From positions 62,001 through 126,000 of the forward strand of contig JAQGDQ010000355.1 of the NCBI GenBank assembly GCA_030141605.1: 64,000 bases of DNA, in the 5' to 3' direction. Origin of the DNA: Tubiluchus corallicola. Taxonomy: Eukaryota > Animalia > Priapulida. This document shows, one piece after another, positions 1 to 13,329 of the stretch (position 1 is the stretch's first letter; each line of letters opens with the position of its first letter). The position numbers were made by a program, and so were the translations under genes. The notes below the pieces were generated by a model. The model did no database searches. It saw nothing but the letters and a program-made list of their open reading frames with translations, and was not told the DNA's origin.

Positions 1-2198
1 CAAAATATTGGCACAAAGAACTGCTGGCGGAGATCACAGAACAACTATAGTCTATTTTTTACTAGTTTATTTTTAGTTTATGTTTATTCCATTTGCCACG
101 AGCAAATAATACATAAATATGGTGAAAATACAAAATACCAAGTTAAACGAAACAAGCACGTAAATAATAAAGTTGATTAATGGATTATTGGGGCTGTCCA
201 AAATGAAAATTTGTAAAGGTCAGGCCCAGTATGGCAAACAGAAAGAAAAGCATAGGTGCAAGAATAAAAGGTGGTAAATGGGAAGAAAAGGAGTATGAAA
301 AGTGAAAGGATATGAAAAGTGTAATATGAAAGTGACAATAGACCAATGAAAAAAGGAAATGAACTTAGCTTACAAGACATGCCCTTAAACTCAGCAGTAC
401 CTTTTCTTATTTGAACGTTGTGGAGCATCGTCTTATTATAGTTAAGTAAAACCTGACGCTCTATACTGGCAGCACAGGAATAGAAGCTTTGTTTTTTCAG
501 TTGTGTATGTTTGTTTAGGTTTCTGCGTTTTGTACAATTCGATTTACCAGATGGTAGCAGCAAGTATGGTAGCGCGAAAGTGGCTCGAACGAACGACCCT
601 ATACAGTTTATTTTCCTCGTCATCAAAGAGAAGACGCTCCTCCTAGAAGACACAGTTAAGACGATCCTTATTATATTCTGTAGTTTGAACTTGATGTATG
701 AAACTGCTGTACGCAATACAAGAAGAGAAAATAAACAGGCGGGAGAGGCCGAACAGGAGTATAACCGAGAAACAGCAGGAGGTCTTCTCGTACACTGAAT
801 ATCAAGTCAGTGTTTCATCTTGGAAGATTATCCTAATTAGCTAGGTTCTGGTCCTACTGCAATCATCTATTAAGAAGGCCTAACATTTAAAGGAAAGGCT
901 AAGCTTTCTGGGAAGTTAGGCTTATTTCAATGTTCGCAAAAATGTTCAAATGATTTAGTAATAAAAGTGTGATATGCGCCTCGTGTAATTAGTGAAACAT
1001 CTCTAAAGCCGCAATCATTTCATGTTTCCAACGCCCATTTTTCCACCAATGACGTCATTTAGTGAAGAAAGGCAGCGCTCTATCACATAAAATCACAAAG
1101 CATAATAAGTTTTTACAAAAAATTAGGTAACTGACTTTGTGAATTTTTTGCTTGAACATTAGGTAAGCTGTAGGAATTTGAATTAGTTTAAGTAGCTCAC
1201 ACCTACCGAAAGCCAAGAAATGCTTACGAAAAGTCACGAAGTTCACCTATTACGTAATAATTTTCAGTTTAAATAAATTATCATATAAATTGACTTTCTG
1301 TTTTATAGACAGGCTTTTTGAGAATTTCTTTTTTATGATTTTCTAAGTTTAAGAGATAACAATAAAATAAGCCCAACATGCTAAGCGATTAGTTCTTCAG
1401 TTCCTTTAAGTATAAAATCTCGGCTAGCGCAAATCCAACTACGTGATCTGATATTAAAATGTAAAAGACGTCAGTGTCCTCTGTATAAACTGTAAAATAC
1501 AATTAAAGCACCTGCGGGGTGTTTTTGCATTCTCAATGACAGCAAGAAATTGCCGCATCAAAGTTAACAAAGAATTTCAACGACCCTGATCCACTAGCTG
1601 TCTCGCTCAGAGCCTTTTATAAGTATTTGATTCAACTTAGAACATTACAGTGCAATAAATAACATATACAGTTCAACTACTTCGACAGTTGAGTTCGAGA
1701 CACTGCAAGTTAAAATTCAGCAGGTTCTGTTATAACATAATAACAAATTTGCCCTCTGACAATGAAGATGTTACGCGACAGAAATGTCGTCTTCTTGCTG
1801 CCTTATTAGAAATTTTTCATTTTTAGCAAAGGTGTTAAGATACAATTGTTAAAACGTATTAAAAGCAACTCAATTAGATTAATTGAGATTATATGAGGCG
1901 AAACCGAAATCTGTTGTTATCAAGGCTGGAGAGCAGGATGAGTCGCTGAACCAGCACAGTTATCTTGGCCACGTTCGAATGTAAATATGTCCTTCCTCTA
2001 AGCGGTATATTATTGTCTCGTGTTACAAAAACAAGTAGTTTACAGCGAGTGAATGAATAATGACTGAATGGATAGAGCAATACATGAAATAACGGACTAA
2101 CGGACTAACAATAAATAATAATTATTCGTTTAATGGAAAATGAATAAATGACTTTTCGTGTGCCTACTGGAAGATTCAAACCTTACGATAAGCATTAA

Positions 2199-2718
2199 AG
2201 GAAGACAGGATGATTTTTCATACACTACCCCGTTTTCAAATCGATAAAAAGTATACATTTTAACACGACTAATATTGCAAGTGCGTTTCTGATAATTAAA
2301 TAATAGATAAAAAACTTAATTAACGGCGGGCGAGTCCAACACTGTGATGGATGACATCACAAACTAACATAATTTTCAACAGCAAAGGCATGTTTTAAGA
2401 TAAAAATTCAATTTTCAAATTTACCGCTGTGCTCACGCATGAGCTGTCGAACGTGTGCAGTTCGTCCGAAACTAACACATCTGAACGGAGAGGTACAGCA
2501 CCTGTTTTTTTGTGCAATGCGTTTCCGAAATGCAGGCGCTAATGCCCGTCTAACTAGCGAATGACGAAATGCATGTAACAGCGACGAACTAGTGGCGCGA
2601 ATGCGAAATTATTTTTGTGTAGTAATAAATCATTTTTAAAAAAATAGTATGTTTCCTTTCAATATTTTAAAGAGTAGATTGTTGCGATCTACAGCTTAAG
2701 ATGGGGTCCGGTTTGGCT
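2199..2718. mobile_element. TTAA-flanked non-autonomous DNA transposon (Kolobok-like), family A
   Basis: ttaa|AGGAAGACAGGA ... TCCGGTTTGGCT|ttaa; similar copy at 44607-45096. Confidence 0.65.
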
Positions 2719-5008
2719 TTAACATTGAGATAAGCGCCTCATTTGGTACACAAAGAACTATTTCTAAAGTTTAATGAGAACAAGGTCCCAGTTTATTCAC
2801 AGCCTCGTGTTCATCAACCTCTTGAGGAATATTTGTGGCAATGAGAGCACAGCTATTCAAGTGCATGAATGTGATGTGTAGAATTGACTGAGTTTCTCGC
2901 AGAAATCGTGATGTTTAGTAGCTTATATATTTTTTGTTATTTTTTTTCACTTGAAGGTATTAAACAGATATTTTCATGTGAAATTCGAATTATTTCTGGT
3001 AACACAAAATAACACATTTAAGAGATGACTTTTATCATAAAATAAGAAAGATATTACTTATAATGTGTGTTTGCCAACTTATTAAAACAGCATTAGAAAT
3101 GTATGTGTTACTGACATCAAGGAAGCCTCAGCTTATGGGGGCCACCCAATGTAGTTACTGGATATTTTCAAAATTTCCAAATAATTTCTCTACACATATC
3201 AAGATGACATAACTGCACACGATGAAATTTCAAACCTGGCTGTGACATTATGGCCTAAAGGGTCAAGTAAATGTGCCCAGAAGGTCACGTGAAGGTCAGC
3301 AAGCGGAAATATCAGGTCAGGATGGAGTGTTATACAATCATTGTGACAAATTTGATGACAACATGACTGCATTTTACAAATTAGTTTGGTAATTTTGGTC
3401 TGTAGTAGAGCATCCGCCATGAAATTCAAACCTACAGTACATTTGGCGAACATAACAAGACAAATATTTGAACATTGTAGCAGTTTCCAGTAAATATTAA
3501 CAAAACATACACGATGCTGCCTCTACTGCAACACTGTCCCTACTTGACAGTTGCGATCTAGACTAGTCCGTGACTACAAATTTTTACTGAAAAATTATCC
3601 GTCTACGGATCCGACTAAGCATGACCAGCGGCGTAGTTGTTGAACAATGTCATATCTTGGAGACTTTCGGTCAATAACTAAAAACTGGAAAAAATTGCAA
3701 AACCGGTCCTCATAGACTGGTGTCAAGTAGAACTCTCCTATTCTACTGATACAGTCAGAGCATAATAACCTTATTTAAACCAAGGCCTGTATGTGGGTAT
3801 TATTATGGCTTAACCACCTCATTGTGCACATCCGCTCTCGCAAAATTCAAAAGTTCGACCTTCAGGGAAGATCGACAACAAATGTCCAAATTAGTTACAT
3901 GCAGTAAATGATTTAGGGATCTTTTTTTTACAAAAAATTAAGTGAGTGAAATCAGCGCATGCGTATAACTCGCAATAGTGGATTCACAGTAATTTAGTAA
4001 AACGTCTCTAAAATTTGCAGCAGGATGTTAAGGCTCATTAAAATTACATATTTACTATTGAGAAATTCACTTTGTACTTGGGAGTTCTAGACTAGTACTA
4101 CCAATGGCGACTACACTGACAATGCAAGAAAAACTCTAGGCAGGGAAGCTAAAATATTATTTAGAAATGACCACAGGGCTTTATGTACGTACATAAGGCT
4201 TGGCAAACTTTCTGAGCAAGATTCTAACACAGTTGAAACAGTCGTGCAATTAAGCTTTACGCTACACATTCCTACCGACTGAAGAAAAAATTTTCTTTGA
4301 ATTCAAACTTCCCCTCTTGTGGCATTGGCGTTTTTAAAGTCGTCGGTTGGGTATCAGCCAGACTTTGTTAAACCGCCTCTCGTCGAAAATACATGTCGTA
4401 CTGATAATGAAAATTACTTCTTTGTAACTTCTGTATGTATTGTTTTTTTCACACGCAGAATTAATATACTTATTGTTTTTAATGTCGTATTTTCTGTGTC
4501 TCACGTGCAATGGGTTTTGTGAAATGCATTTTGAACATCTATTATCAGTCTGAAATATTCAAACGCATTCGAAAAGTACTATAATTTGAATTTGCGCGTT
4601 TGGCTATAGACAACTGAAACTAGACTGCAGGTTTAAAATGAAGGTAAAAATGATACACGTCTACCGAATGAATTTTTTTATATCTGTAATTGTAGTATTT
4701 TGTTATTCCTTAAGGATTGCAGTTTTAGATGTTTTTTGTAATTATAATTGTAAATGTAATTGTAATTGTGTTTGTATTCTTATGTAATTTATGACCTAGC
4801 TATAGAAACTAGTCATAACCTAAATCTAATCTGCACTGTTTCCTTATTCCCGAGGATGGGTCTGTGTGCTGAAATATGCATTGATCGTAAAATTTGATAC
4901 ACTAAACAAAATTCCAGACCTGTGTCATGAAGAAAAGAAGCATATAAGTTAATTTCCCTAGCAGCTTTCTTCTGAACTGAGATACACGTATTTGCCAAAT
5001 CCACTTAC

Positions 5009-5303
5009 TTGTCTCCACTGTATTAAACTTTTTAAGAAGTCCATTACGCTTGCTTGCAGCCTCATCTTCAACTTTTCCACTTGTGCTGTATGCAACACGT
5101 TTCTCCTCGTCTATAACACGTTCTTCTAGGGCTACGTAGGAAATTCTCAACGTGGGCCTAGCACTGAAACCAGCACGGGCCACAATTTGATGTTTCCAAC
5201 TCACTAACTCCACGCCCACGATAGCTGTGAATGCGAAACAACCAAATATGATTAAGAATCTATTTTTGGCTATCTGTTGAAACACTGTAGGCTGGTTCTT
5301 CAT
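5009..5303 (-). CDS. Candidate first coding exon of a type II membrane or secreted protein
   Basis: ATG at 5303; MKNQ...RFLIIFGCFAFTAIVGVELV hydrophobic segment, then a charged stem; strong donor ACA A|gtaagt; downstream exons not established. Confidence 0.4.
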
Positions 5304-5830
5304 ATCATAAGTGTTAATGTGCTATAAACGTGCATTCACATAGAGTGATTATTCGTTTCCTGTGACATCTGGCACATGATTATTCCAGCTACGTCCCTCA
5401 CTGCCTGCTGACTGAATGACTGAATGAACTAAGTGGGACGCTTTTCACGGGTATAAATAGTTCACAGGCATACAGTTAGCTTGCTCGCTTGGAAAACGTG
5501 TCAACGATAAAGGCGGAGGCCGACAGTGTTGTAATTATTTAGCGATTAAGACACAAGTTTCTTTCGAGGTTAATGAGATTATTGCCTCCGCTCAGGTGAA
5601 TGACAATATTATCTTCGGCGTAATATATGGGTTTTTATGCTCAGGACTGGTTATAAGTCTAGCTGACCGATTTTTTTTCAAATTGGGCCCCGCGCACACA
5701 CTCGAGACAAGGATGCTATAATGAATTGATGAGTATACAGCGAGGTTTCTTAATACTGTGAATGTACTGAAACCATTCAGTCTGACATTGTGCATCTACG
5801 TTTCAATGTTTTTTTCCTGATGGTTCCTTA

Positions 5831-5910
5831 CAGTCAACCTCGGATATAAGGCACACCTCGGGACCGGAAAAAATCGTCCCTTATATCCGATGTCCCTTAT
5901 AGTCGAAGTT
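5831..5910. mobile_element. Tc1/mariner (pogo/Tigger-like) MITE terminal fragment
   Basis: TA|CAGTCAACCTCGGATATAAG... with inverted cttatatccga subterminal motifs; other end not found. Confidence 0.35.
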
Positions 5911-6735
5911 GCGTCAGACCGAGGGTACATCTAGACCTGAAAATAAGTATTTTTTGCTTTATTTTTACAGATTGTTTAACTTTATACCTTTGCTTGTTTG
6001 CGTTCATTGTGTACTAAATCTTTTAAAAGTGAGAAATTAAATAAATAAATTTCAGTGCCAGTGACAGGGATATTTCTTCATAGACAGTTTTTTATACCTC
6101 AGTCTCAATCCGTCCCATCCTGACACTGTGCTGCTTTTTAATGATAAGATAATTGTTTCTGCAAGGCTGTAATAGTCCCACAAACTACAGGTCAATTTCA
6201 CTATTGCTCTCATTCTCTAAAACAACTAATATGTGCCAGAATATTGTCAAGTTTCTTTCACACAATAAAATACTTTCTAAATCTCAATTCGGCTTTATGA
6301 AAAATGATTCAACTACATTAGCTGTCTCTAAAATAGTGGACAACTTTATAACTAGCCTCGACTGTAATGATAAGAGTTTGTTCATTAATCATAATTTGCA
6401 TAAACCACAAGAGATGGCACTGCAATGTTATAACTGATTCAGCGCCTGAGTTTGAGCGCACATTCATTTTTGTTCTTGTTTTGGATAATAATCAATGACG
6501 ACTTTAACACTCTCGCTTGTATCTGATCTTATCTGATGTTTATTAAACCATTCTGTCATCACATTGACCAAAAGAAATTAACTTTCACTCAATTTTTACA
6601 CTTATACACCGTATTTGGCACCATGCAACACGAAGTACCTCTGGACAAATTAGACCATTATGGTATCAGAGGTCGTACTCTGTATCTATTCATCTCATAA
6701 CTAAACAACCGTAGACAGTTTACCTATGATGTATC

Positions 6736-7019
6736 CTGTAGCGGATAGCCCTATAGGCTGAATAGGCTGAAGCCTAAGGCCCGGGATCAAAAGGGGCCCG
6801 GCAAAATAAAACGAATAAAAAAATAAATTGACAAAAGAGCAAGGGGCCCGCCAAAATAAAATATAGAAAAAAGTTTTTTTTCAAAAGTCAGTCACTATAT
6901 TTCAAATCGGGTTTACACAAATCAAGCTCCACAAAAACACGTCAGCTCAGCAGTGTAGCAACATTTAAAAGGCCCGTTCCAAGCTCAAGCCTAAGGCCTG
7001 ATATCATAATCCGCCGCTG
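6736..7019. mobile_element. hAT-like MITE
   Basis: Perfect 8-bp TSD gatgtatc (6728-6735 and 7020-7027); TIRs ctgtagcggat / atccgccgctg. Confidence 0.8.
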
Positions 7020-7183
7020 GATGTATCCTCTCAAATATCAGACATAACGTGCGGGATCCCTCAGGGTTCGACACTCGGTCCTCTTTAATTTGTTTTGCAT
7101 ATAAAGGATCTTCCCAACCGTTTTTCGCTTGACACCCAGCTTTTTTTTGCCGCATTCCTATTCTTGAATGACCACAATCTTAA

Positions 7184-7735
7184 AGGAAAACCGGATGATT
7201 GTGTAAACACTAGTTCAGCATAAAAAATGCTCTAAAATATTGAAAACTACAATAGCTTTTTTTAAATCAAAGTTTAGATTAAATAATAATAATTACCTCG
7301 GATATTCAAATATCGTTAAACTTTCAAAGCTACGCGTGGCTCAGTGAATTTACTAAGATTAGCAGCGGCGCCTTTTTGTCATATTCGCGTGGCCGACAAA
7401 GAGAAGGCGGTACAGTGATAACCATGATCATGAACTGCAGTGTGAGTTTCTGACATCATATGATGTAAAGTCCATTTTTCGTGGCATCATGCGTTTAAAC
7501 AGTACTGTAACACTTATGCAAATGTCCTTGATGCGCAAGGGAAGACTCCTACCATTGCACAAAGTGTGGTTAGTTTCTGACGTAAGCAATAGCTGTGCTC
7601 GGTTGCCGTTAATTAACTGTCTAAGCTAATTATTCAAATATAAGGAACAATTATTAACTTTTATAGGCAAGAAAATGTATATTTTGGACAGTAAATTAAA
7701 ATGAGATTGAGTCTAAACAATCGTCCGTTCTTCCT
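7184..7735. mobile_element. TTAA-flanked non-autonomous DNA transposon (Kolobok-like), family B
   Basis: ttaa|AGGAAAACCGGATGATTGT ... ACAATCGTCCGTTCTTCCT|ttaa; inverted copy at 25235-25777. Confidence 0.75.
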
Positions 7736-7810
7736 TTAACATTTTTTAACACTCTGTAAGGACCGAACTTGCTCAAGTAAATAACTGGATGAATGCTAAC
7801 AAATTTTCTA

Positions 7811-8309
7811 TCTTCTTCTTTCCAGCTTTTCCCTATACGGGGTCGCCGTTGTGAATGAGTCTTCTCCACGCATTCCTGTTGTTGACCATCTCTTCATTTA
7901 TGTCTTCCTTTCCCACATGATCTTCACCGACTCTTCTTTTCAAGTGTCCATACCATCGCAATTTTGCGAGGCTTCCACTACTTTTACTGTTCCTCTGAAT
8001 ATTATTATTTCTAATTTTATATCTTCTTGTTATTCCCACCATCCATCTCAACATCCTCATCTCCACCACACCCATTTTCTTCTCTTCGGTCTTTAGAGAA
8101 GCTGCTTCCAGCCCATAGATTAGAGCGGGTCTGACCACTTCTTGGTGGACTCACCTTTAAGTCTCACCGACTCATTCATAGAAGGTTTTGGCGCAGTTTT
8201 TGCAGGCGGATGCCGCCCTTCCTGACCCTAACCCTCCCTATTTATCCGGGCTTAGGACCGGCACTGAGTTGGGCTGGCTTGCCCCCCCCTCCCCCCAGTG
8301 GTTAGGATT
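7811..8309 (-). mobile_element. Internally deleted (bipartite) RTE-clade non-LTR element
   Basis: 15-bp TSD ctaacaaattttcta (7796-7810, 8310-8324); RTE/Rex3-type ORF end (VRPALIYGLE, EMRMLRWM, LRWYGHL, WRRLIHNGDP), (GAA)n tail; 5' part gccggtcctaagcccggataaatagggagggt resembles an RTE 5' UTR. Confidence 0.75.
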
Positions 8310-8887
8310 CTAACAAATTTTCTAGAAATTATAAAAAAACTAAATATATGTTAATCAGCAATACCAAATTCGCCGATACTGCTGTGTTAATTTGAAATGA
8401 GCAACAGACGTATTGAACAATAGAACGTTCAAGTGAGATAAAATATTTACAAAAAACATTAAGGCAAACACGTGTACAACGTGCAGTAAATAAAATTAGT
8501 AAAATAATTAACATAATAGCCAAGATACGATATTTATAAATATTGGCACCTTAGAAATGATATATTCCGCATTAATTTTACGATATATTCGATAGTGTAT
8601 TCTTCATTACAAACAAAATAAATGCCTTAACAGATAAATTACCTACATTGCACATAAATCATATTATAGGCGAATGCGATATACAAGTTTTAAAAGCATT
8701 TATCAATTTAGCAAAGGATGACGTTCTAGCTAGTTTAATGTAAAGCTTTGTAAATAATTTCGTTAAAATATGAAGACCAAATAGTTAATATAGAAGATCT
8801 GATAATATAGATGTTACGTGTTTCTTATAATTAAATGTATCCACCATTAGCTACTCGGATGCGCAATTGTATATAATTCAATTTGCA

Positions 8888-8964
8888 TACACACACACAC
8901 GCACTCACGCACGCACGCACGCACGCACGGACGGACGGACGTATGGAGGGGTGGGTGGGTGTGC

Positions 8965-9038
<74 letters not shown>
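8888..9038. repeat. Compound microsatellite (CA)n/(CGCA)n/(GATA)n
   Basis: Seen directly. Confidence 0.95.
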
Positions 9039-9041
<3 letters not shown>

Positions 9042-10524
9042 CCTAATGTTTATATATTATGGAACAATAAAAGTATGTCGTGTTTCAAGTTAGAACATTC
9101 TCAGAAAATTGTTACATAAAATTAGATAATTTTTTTATGTAACGAAAGGAGAAAGACATTGTAAATAATCTATAACGTAATTGTGATATCAACTTATACA
9201 TTAATATTTAACTCCCGGTTTGATTGTATTAACCGTTAAGCACTTTTGCCTACAAATAGAGGGCAGCACTTGTACATATTATACCCTAATTTGTATTTGT
9301 GTGCAAAAAATGACTTGTAATAGTAATAACAATAATTACTGCAAGTGTGACCATTCTGCAACCACTGCTCACTGCACAGAACAAAGCCATTAAATTTACG
9401 ACTTTCACTTTCACATTCGGTTCCACTAAATTTGCTAAAAATGCACGAGATTTACTAATCAGAGCTAGCTAAATTTGTCTACTCATTTAACAATAATCAA
9501 CTTCCTGATATATTTGGCAATTATTTTACATGCGCATCTAGCATGTAATGGTGACGGATTCTGCAAAATTTGTTGACAAACTTTCCTACTTTATTAAAAC
9601 GTTAACACATCTAAGGGACAAAATTCGCTAAAATATTAAGGCACGTTCATATGGGATTTTCCTCATGATAATCTAAATCTAGTATCCTACAATAACTTAA
9701 TAACTAAGAGACCGCTTATTTCAAATTACTTAATTTATTTATTTTTAACAGTGGAATTTGTAAGCAGTGACACAGTTCCGTAGTCTGTAATCAAGCCTAC
9801 ACGTGTCAGTTGTTTTTGTTCTAGTTTTTACTTGACGTATTCAAGCATACATGATAAAACTGGTTAATTCCCTTGCATATTTTTGCCTTTGATTCCAAAT
9901 TACGTTTACTACTTTACCACTTGAATTCTCACACTTTTTTGTTTTGCTTTCTCATTTAAGTTGCTGCTTCGTGCACGAGTAATACATTACTTACTTATTT
10001 ATGCTTTATATTATTTGTTATTGTTTTGTTATTTAAATTTATTTCAGAGTAATTAAAATGCGTGAATGGCTCTGTATAATTTGTATATTTTGTTTTATTC
10101 ATTCTGTATAATTTGTGATATTTAAATTGTTTTTGAACTGTGTAATTGGGTAATTTCTAAATCGGATTTCATGTCTCGGTATTTTAAATGCTTGCCGTTA
10201 TCAATATTTCTGTAATGTATTTTTGCCTTTATTTTATTTTGTAGATGACTTTGGAAATAACTAACAGTTTTATAATTGTTGGTTAAAGCGTTATCCAACT
10301 TAAAGCTTTTAAATAAAGCGTTATTAAATAAAGAAATAATAATAATAATTTGGTGGATTTATTTCAGTGCAACCTTCGCTTTTTTATTATTAGGCCTGCT
10401 TACAGTTTTCATTACTACGTTTCTGCTGCTTAATTGATTAATGTTTATGAGATACTTACATATGTAACAATTTTTGTTTTATTGACTTGTATTATGCGTT
10501 TTTACCTGGAATAAAATACAACTT

Positions 10525-10705
10525 ATCTTGTCTTGTCTTGTCTCGTCTCGTCTCGTCTCGTCTCGTCTCGTCTCGTCTCGTCTCGTCTCGTCTTCGTCAT
10601 GTCTCGTCTCGTCTCGTCTCGTCTCGTCTCCTCTCCTCTCCTCTCCTCTCCTCTCCTCTCCTCTCATCTCCTCTCCTCTCATCTCATCTCATCTCATCTC
10701 ATCTT
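10525..10705. repeat. Pentanucleotide microsatellite grading TCTTG > TCTCG > TCTCC > TCTCA
   Basis: Seen directly. Confidence 0.95.
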
Positions 10706-11565
10706 ATAAGATCTTACATACCAGTACTTTTGGCTAAATCAAGTTATGTTGTTTTCATATTATCAAGTAGTTGATTTGCTTATTATTTTGCTAAGCTATC
10801 GTTTTACTTTCTTTTTAAGTTGCTGCTTTATTTTGTTTGACCTTTTTACTGCATTTTTTACATAATATTTACCTACATTTATTAAATTAATATTTTTTTC
10901 ATTATATGATCAGACTACAATGGCACTATGACTTAAAAATTTATGCCTACTATACAGAAGTGCTTGACTTGATGACCAATTGGTTCTTCACCGCCCTTTC
11001 GCCTGTTTCAAATTCGTTTTTTGTTTGGTTTAATTTTGTTCATTTTTGCTACGTAAATGTATATTTGAAATATGTGTATTTTTTCGAGTTAAAAATAAAA
11101 ACAGAGCTATCTAAATCTAAATCAGTTGCAGTAATCAGGCCTGCTTGAAAATGTACTCTAAGACTTCTTTAGTATTCACTACCTAAACTTTTTATTCCTC
11201 ATTGAGGCCATATTCTTTGACCGGCAAAGATGTTCCCAGGATGGTCACGGTCCCTGTGGAGCATGTATAGTATCTGACATATGTTCGGATTCACAGCGCC
11301 CGACAGACCGGCCCTTAGTGTGCCTCTGTTCATAAATGTATATATATTTTGCGATGTCCTAAATAGCAATCTCATATTCACTCTCATCCTCATCATTTCA
11401 CTAACCTAATCCTATTAATTCACATCTCCTGCACTCTCCAGTATCATTCCATCATTCTGTACCTTCCCTTTTTTGCACCCTAACACCTGCAACATTAATT
11501 GCATTATAGTCACACGAGTAATGCTTCTAACTATAATGCAAGCAGCAATTTCATCATGTCATGTC

Positions 11566-12068
11566 AGTTAAGCAACGTAGAACCTGGTTAGTACTTGGAG
11601 GGGTGACCGCCTATGAATCAGGTGCTGTAGGTTTGCGGGATGCCCACACTGTATCTCGATACTAGACGGAAGAGCTGCACAAGCAGTCAACGGCTAGAGG
11701 GCGGAGGAGGTCAAGTGACCCAACGGCCATGTGTAGAGGAGTAAACCTTCCAAATCAGGAGTGGAGTCCCGAAGGCGGACCAGTGCAGCATAGTCACTGA
11801 CTCCGGCAGCTCCTGCAGCCAACCTGGTGCCAAACGTATCGCTCTGCTTTTCTTTGAACTACACCAGGGAGGAAGAGAGGGAGTTCCTCTTGTCTGGGCA
11901 ATTCAGGATCTCCATACACCTTGCCCAGGCGTGCGCCCTGGAGAGGCAGTGGTTCAAGGATCGTATTGCTCAGCCACAGTCGACGCTGCAGCTCCATCAA
12001 TGTGATGAATAACTGACTCTCTTGGCGCACACTCCATTGTCTTCCGACACAGAAGGATGCCAACAACA
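11566..12068 (+). mobile_element. 5S rRNA-derived SINE (SINE3-type), 5'-truncated copy 1
   Basis: Begins agttaagcaacgtagaacctggttagtacttgga (5S internal promoter region); body shared with 30374-30904; (CAA)n tail; ~58-bp flanking duplication. Confidence 0.85.
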
Positions 12069-12543
12069 AGTCACACAAGTAATACCTCTAACTATAATGC
12101 AAGCAGCAATTTATACAGATGTCATGTCGATTTTATTGTGAAATTAATGTAATTATGTAATCCTATGTATACCATGTCATCATGTGTTGTTTGGCGTTTT
12201 CGTAATAAAAATACACTAAAATTCTAGAGTAAAAAATTCTCAGACTGTTTCTTCTGGCGATATTGAGTAGCAGGACTTGCTATGTGGCTCAGAGCCAAGT
12301 TGTCAGAAATAATGAGATGTCTTACAAGCACTAATATCCACCTTATCTTCGCACTAAGCATTATTTGAGACCAAATAGAGAATATATAAACCTGCTGTCG
12401 GTGGGTTGCGGCAGAGAACAAATATGTGATTAATTTGTATGCTGGCTGCAGGTAGACCGGACGCCAGCCAGATAAACCTTGCATAATTGGCACCAGATAG
12501 CAGCAGCGTACAATACAATAACACGAGCCAAAAAGCTGCTTAA

Positions 12544-13207
12544 AGCACAGGACACCCCTTCAATAGCATAAAGCTTAAAAATTCGTCTTAAAATTTTACA
12601 CCACTTAGTGCCTTTTTGCACACACGCTCGCGTCGGCATAAAACGCTGTATAAAACTTGTAAATTTAAATTCCCGCGATGACCGTTAGGTGCAGTCATTT
12701 TAACGGTAGGTCGTCTGAAACAAGTTTAGATAACATTGCGTAAAGTAAAAAATAATCAGAGTATGCGTACCACACGAGTTACCAACCAAGAAAATTTTTA
12801 AATCAATGTATCTTGTCAATAAGATTAAAAATACGTTTTTGGTTAGTGAGTGGCGTGCCCTGGAGGGTGAGTCAGCGACATTTTACCAATTGGCACATAC
12901 ATTTTAAATTATTATTATTTCTAGTTACATAAGTCTTTCCAGCAGGTAATCTAGATAAGTAATATAGATTTGCATGGAAAGTTTTTTGGGACATAATTTA
13001 ATTTTGCCTTTTTTTCCCTGATCTACGTGTGCGTAGGTGACGTCATGTAGTAGCGCAGTCGGAACAGTATTGCGGGAAATTTAAAATGAAAACAAACAAA
13101 AATTGCTTTTAGCGCGAGTACGACATATGCGTAAAATTGGTGTAAAGTAAAATAATTTTTAAGGCGATTTTTCTGAAACCTACTTCAGGTACCACTTTTA
13201 TTGTGCT
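12544..13207. mobile_element. TTAA-flanked non-autonomous DNA transposon (Kolobok-like), family C
   Basis: ttaa|AGCACA ... TGTGCT|ttaa; inverted copy at 24497-25142; related fragments at ~14840-15015, 20636-20995 and 32295-32500. Confidence 0.7.
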
Positions 13208-13329
13208 TTAAGCATTATTAAACCAAAAACAAATTCAGACGTATGTTGTAATATTAGGCATGCGCGCACACAAATTAAGATAACTGGCTTAAGATACCTG
13301 AACTAAAATGCTGCCAGTTTAACTCAGCT

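Larger units (their letters stand above)
6153..9735 (+). mobile_element. Degraded CR1/L2-group LINE reverse transcriptase relic interrupted by nested insertions
   Basis: NYRSISLL, LSKSQFGF, LDHYGIRG, CGIPQGSTLGPL motifs across stops and frameshifts; resumes after inserts (NNWMNANK, KTKYML); 3' boundary approximate. Confidence 0.7.

Noticed and set aside
177-798. Overlapping ORFs and possible - strand exons near the window start
   Set aside because: No recognisable domain and no consistent phase chain
11794-12078. Similar ORFs here and at 30265-30630
   Set aside because: Antisense translations of the SINE body
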